A stretch of 64,000 bases of DNA from Scyliorhinus canicula (lineage: Eukaryota): assembly GCF_902713615.1 (NCBI RefSeq), contig NC_052158.1, forward strand, positions 52,918,823-52,982,822, read 5' to 3'. The position numbers and the translations under genes were made by a program. Shown here one piece after another: positions 59,655 through 64,000 of the stretch. The notes below the pieces were generated by a model, which saw nothing but the letters and a program-made list of their open reading frames with translations, ran no database searches and was not told where the DNA came from. Position 1 is the stretch's first letter; every line of letters starts with the position of its first letter.

Positions 59655-60570
59655 AAAAAATAATAATTTATAGGATGTGGACGTCGATGGCTAGGCCACA
59701 TTTATTGCCCATCCCTAGTTGCTCTTCAGAGGTGGTGGTGAGTTGCATTCTTGAACCGCTGCAATTCCGGAGGTGTAGTTACACCCATAGTGCTGTTAGG
59801 GAGGGTGTTCTAGGATTTTGACCCAGTGACAGTGAAGGAACGGTGATATAATTCTGAGTCAGGGTGGTGAGGTTCCAAGATATCTGCTGCTCTTGTCCTT
59901 CTAAATGGTAGTGGCCATGGGTTTGGAAGGTGCTGCCTAAGGAATCTTGGGGAGTTCCTGCAGTGCATCTTGTAGATGGTACACATGCTGCCACTGTTCA
60001 TTGGTGGTGGAGGGTTTGAATGTTTGTGGAGGGGGGAGCAATCAAGCAGGCTGCTTTGTCCTAGATGGTGTCAAGCTTCTTGAGTGTTGTTGGAGATACA
60101 CTCATCCAGGCAAGTAGAGAGTATTGAGTTACACGCCTGACTTGTGCCTTATCGATGGAGAACAGGTTTTGGGGGTAGGGGGAGGGCTGAGTTACTCGTC
60201 GTAGGATTCCTAGCCTTTGACCTGTTCTGGTAGCCACAGCATTAATGCGGTTACTTTCTGATCAATGGTAACCGCCAGGATGTTGATTGTGGGGGATTCA
60301 GTGATGGTAATGCCGAATAATGTCAAGGGGTGATGGTTAGATCCTCTCTTGTCGGAGATGGTCATTGCCTGGCACTTGTGTGGCATGAATGTAACTTGCC
60401 ACTTGTCAACCCAAGCCTGGATATTGTTCAGGTCTTGCTGCATTTTGGACATGGACTGATTCATTGACTAAGGTGTTGCGAATGGTGCTGAACATTGTGG
60501 AGTCATCCGCAAACATCCCCACTTCGGACCTTAAGATGGAAGGGAGGCCAGTGATGAAGCAGCTGTTTCC
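59655..60570 (-). mobile_element. CR1/L2-group LINE RT 3' remnant (also 52118-52311)
   Basis: MQQDLNNIQAWVDKWQVTFMPHKCQAMTIS (60210-60464). Confidence 0.75.
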
Positions 60571-60694
60571 ATAGTCACCAAAATAGATCTGTGTACGAGA
60601 TATATTCCAGAATCAATCTCCTTTTATTATCAGGGCATCTTTCCTGGCAGATCAGTGAATTGTGACACGGCCAGTTTGAGCAATGCTCTGAGAA

Positions 60695-60990
60695 AAAGCA
60701 AATTATTTTGGTTTCTGAAATCTGAAACAAAAACAGAAAATACTGGACAATTGCTTTGACAAAAGGTCATCTGACTTGAAACGTTAGCTCTTTTCTCTGC
60801 CTACAGATGCTGCCAGAGCTGCTGAGATCTTCCAGCATTTTCTTTTTTGATTTCAGATTCCAGCATCCGTAGTAATTTGCTTTTATATTGGACAATCGAT
60901 GCAGGTCTGACAGCATCTGTGAAGAGAGAAGGGAGCTAATGTGTTGAGTCTGCAAAGACAAAATTTGAGTGGATGACTCTTTGTTGAGTA
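60695..60990. mobile_element. Palindromic Penelope-type short repeats, degenerate
   Basis: CAGATGCTGCCAGA..CCAGCATTTTC family as at 44881-45294; centre TTGACAA-AAGGTC..GACTT-GAAA-CG-TT. Confidence 0.6.
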
Positions 60991-61048
60991 ACACACTGCT
61001 GGCTCAATGCCGAGTTTAATATAGCAATGCCTATTCTTGAGTACAGTA

Positions 61049-61398
61049 AGAACATAGAACATAGAACAGTACAGCACAGAACAGGCCCTTCGGCCCTCAA
61101 TGTTGTGCCAAGCCATGATCACCCTACTCAAACCCACGTATCCACCCTATGCCCGTAACCCAACAACCCCCCCTTAACCTTACTTTTTGTAGGACACTAC
61201 GGGCAATTTAGCATGGCCAATCCACCTAACCCGCACATCTTTGGACTGTGGGAGGAAACCGGAGCACCCGGAGGAAACCCACGCACACAGGGGGAGGACG
61301 TGCAGACTCCACACAGACAGTGACCCAGCCGGGAATCGAACCTGGGACCCTGGAGCTGTGAAGCATTTATGCTAACCACCATGCTACCCTGCTGCCCC
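61049..61398 (-). mobile_element. V-SINE
   Basis: Reverse full-length copy with (AGAACAT)n tail. Confidence 0.92.
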
Positions 61399-61409
61399 TT
61401 TTTATAACA

Positions 61410-61584
61410 CCAGAAGTTTTATAACACCAGGTTAAAGTCCAACAGGTTTGTCTGAAATCACTCGCTTTTGGAGTGTAGCTCCTTCAACAGGTGAGTCTCC
61501 AAAAGCTAGTGATTCCAAATAAATCTCTTCGGTGTTGTAAGACTTTTTACTGTGCCCACCCCAGTCCAACGCCAGCATCTCCAT
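61410..61584. mobile_element. Degenerate Penelope-type inverted remnant
   Basis: CACCAGGTTAAAGTCCAACAGG.. and ..GGTGTTGTAAGACT..CCCCAGTCCAACGCC, same family as 58436-58872. Confidence 0.75.
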
Positions 61585-62560
61585 TTCGGAGAATGCTGGC
61601 CAAGTGTTGACGCCGGCGTCAAAACAGTTCGCGAGGGAAGTCGGCATCAACAGGCCTCCAAGCCCGGTCATTCTCCTGTTCCTCAGGGGCTAGTACGATG
61701 CCGAGTGCTGTGCGCTGCTCCGGTGCCGAACGCCGGCCCGACACGGGATTCACGGATCCGCGCATGCGCGCTACGGCCGGCGCGGGTCCGCAAATACGTG
61801 TGGTTGGCCCTCTCCGCGCCGGCCCCAGGGCAACATGGTAGAGCCCTACAGGGCCCTGGCATGGAGGGACATAGGCCTCCCACCCCTGGAATGAGCCCGC
61901 CCGCTGATCGGTAGGCCCCGGTCGCCAGCCTGGCCACTGTGGAGAACCCCAGGAGTCGGATCCCCCTGTCCCCCCACCAAGACGGCCCCGCAGCCAGGAC
62001 TCCGAGGTCCCACCGGGTCGGACCATATGTAAACCATGCCGGCTGGAGTCGGCCAGACTCGGCGGGCACTCAGCACGCTGAGAGCGGAGAATCGCCGCGG
62101 GGGCCGCTTTCAATTTCCAACCAGCGTAGCGTCGACATTGGCGGGCCTGGCGTCGGAGTGGCCTGGGCGTGATTCCCCCCCCCCCCCCGGGCGATTCTCC
62201 GACCTGGTGCAGGATCGGAGAATCCTGGCCCATATTTTTAGGTAGAAGATATTGTTTAATGAACCATTAATGGACTCCTCGCCCTCCATCAGTTCAAGAG
62301 ACAAGATCAAGATCTGACCCGCCGCACCTGTTTTCTGGTGTCCGGGAAAGGAGCGCCCCCCTCGCGCCCCCCCCCCCCCCCCCGCGCCCCTCGCGCCCCC
62401 ACCCCCCCCCCCCCCTCCCTCCGCCGGCAGCGGAATCCTTCGTCCTGCCACCCGGAAAATGGTGTTTCCAATTGTGGGCACCCCCACGCCATCGGGAAAT
62501 CTGCGGGGTGAGTGTGCTGCCTGCGAAACAGAGGATCGCGCTGATGGAGATTCCAGCCCC
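61585..62560. mobile_element. Two GC-rich MITE-like elements (61585-62231, ~62310-62560)
   Basis: Right ends GGAGAATCCTGGCCC and GGAGATTCCAGCCCC. Confidence 0.65.
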
Positions 62561-62879
62561 ATAGCTCTGTTGAGCAAGGAGGAAACAGAGTGGCTGAATG
62601 GCCTCCCTGTGGTTTTCTACGCAAGTATATGTGTGCAATAGGAAGGAGCAGCAATGAACAGTGAGCAGCCGTGGCAGAATGAAAGGAGGAGGAGGATACT
62701 GTCAGAATTATTCATGTCATTATTGGAGCCTAACACTAGGCATGGAAACTAAGCTTTCACTGAATGAGTAATGGATTCAAGCAGCAAGTCTGTGATGGTC
62801 TTGATCTCGTCAGATAACCAGATAACTTGGTTCAGTGTAATTTCAGCCGGTGTTGGACTCCAGTGAGTAACCCCGTACC

Positions 62880-62926
62880 TCAGGCCTGGACTGATGAGTT
62901 TGAGGATGATTTTTCTTTCTCAATGG
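62880..62926 (-). CDS. Last coding (cytoplasmic) exon of an upstream MHC class I-like gene
   Basis: Acceptor CCTTTTCACAG, phase 1, (A)IEKEKSSSNSSVQA*TGA; a GAG|GTACGG donor one base after the stop would make a 48-nt exon. Confidence 0.72.
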
Positions 62927-62972
62927 CTGTGAAAAGGAAAGATTTCTGTTAAACAGATGTTTACAACTTGAA

Positions 62973-63700
62973 AAATGAAATGAAAATCGCTTATTGTCAC
63001 AAGTAGGCTTCAATGAAGTTACTGTGAAAAGCCCCTAGTCGCCACATTCTGGCGCCTGTCGGGGATCGAACCGTGTTGCTGGCCTGCTTTAAAAGCCAGC
63101 GATTTAGCCGAGTGAGCTAAACCAGCCCCTTGTGGGATGTTCTGCTCAGAGTCAGAGACAGTTCTAAACAAAGCTGACAGCAGAACGGTGGCACAGTGGT
63201 TAGCGCCCAGGTTCAATCGTGGCTCTGGGTCACTGTCCGTGCGGTGTTTGCACATTCTCCCCGTGTTTGCATCGCTCTCACCCCCCACAATCCAAAGATG
63301 TGCAGGATAGGTGGAATGGCCTCAGTAAATTGCCCCTTAATTGGGAAATAAAAGAATTGGGTACTCTCAATTTTCTTTTATATAAACAAGGCTGACAGGC
63401 ACAAGTTTGTCTAATAATAATCTTTATTGTCACAAGTAGGCTCACATTAACACTGCAATGAAGATACAGTGAAAAGCCTCGAGTCGCCACATTCTGGCGC
63501 CTGTTCAGGTACACAGAGGCAGAATTCGGAATATCCGAACCACCTAAGCTGCACATCTTTGGACTGTGGGAGGAAACCGGAGCAACGGGAGGAAACCCAA
63601 GCAGACACGGGGAGAATGTGCAGACTCCTCACAGACAGTGACGCAGCGGGGAATCAAACCTGGGACTCTCGAGCTGTGAAGCAACACACTCTGATACTGA
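62973..63700. mobile_element. Cluster of three SINEs (62973-63130 minus, 63180-63385 plus, 63400-63700 minus)
   Basis: Heads, cores and tails of both SINE families. Confidence 0.8.
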
Positions 63701-63728
63701 GTTGCCCCTTTACAATTTTTACACTTAC

Positions 63729-63764
63729 CAATTCCTGAACTGTAACCAGCTCTGTTCTTTCCTC
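63729..63764 (-). CDS. First cytoplasmic exon (exon 6-like) of the upstream MHC class I-like gene
   Basis: TTCTGTGCTTTGCAG|GAGGAAAGAACAGAGCTGGTTACAGTTCAGGAATTG|GTAAGT; 36 nt, phase 1-1, (G)GKNRAGYSSGI(A) with a GY motif. Confidence 0.75.
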
Positions 63765-63829
63765 CTGCAAAGCACAGAAACAAAAACAAAACATTATTAA
63801 AAACAGCCCCTAAACTGTCCCCCAGTCCA

Positions 63830-64000
63830 TTCACTCCCCCCTCACCCCGCTCGGACCCTCACTGCCACTGCCCCGAATCCCCCACCCCCCCCCCCCCCAG
63901 TACCCTCACTGCAACCAGCCCGACTCCCACCCCCAGTACCCTCACTGCTACCCGCCCCGACTCCCCCCCCCCCCCCCCCCCCCCAGTACCCTCATTGCCA
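63830..64000. repeat. C-rich degenerate tandem repeat
   Basis: Recurrent CCCCAGTACCCTCACTGC separated by C runs. Confidence 0.85.

Noticed and set aside
61552-62654. Several 100-200 aa ORFs near the right end
   Set aside because: All lie in GC-rich MITEs and have no recognisable domain.

Overview
Vertebrate genomic DNA, most likely from a shark. This is inferred from the V-SINE/HE1-type SINEs, CR1/HER1-type LINEs and short Penelope-type repeats. Most of the window is nested transposable elements. The six-frame ORF track misses the only host-gene signal: the window appears to be the ~60 kb spacer between two tandem minus-strand MHC class I-like genes. At the left is a leader exon (MRRLMLLVILCGAVSA, 2514-2562, phase-1 GTGAGT donor) under two X-Y promoter modules, each with 20-nt spacing. 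At the right are two cytoplasmic-tail exons (63729-63764 and 62880-62926) that splice to GGKNRAGYSSGIAIEKEKSSSNSSVQA*. The spacer holds three Gypsy families, a nearly intact L1-clade LINE with a chimeric 5' end, CR1 LINEs, a rearranged class I-like ERV with unexplained accessory ORFs, Penelope-type insertions carrying minimal hammerhead ribozymes, MITEs, SINEs and minisatellites. The most unusual signals are: (i) a Gypsy family with no tRNA PBS, a 13-nt post-LTR sequence complementary to its own LTR poly(A) region, and a YLDN RT motif; (ii) inverted hammerhead pairs; (iii) the ERV accessory region; (iv) the doubled MHC X-Y module. All assignments were made by eye, with no database search.
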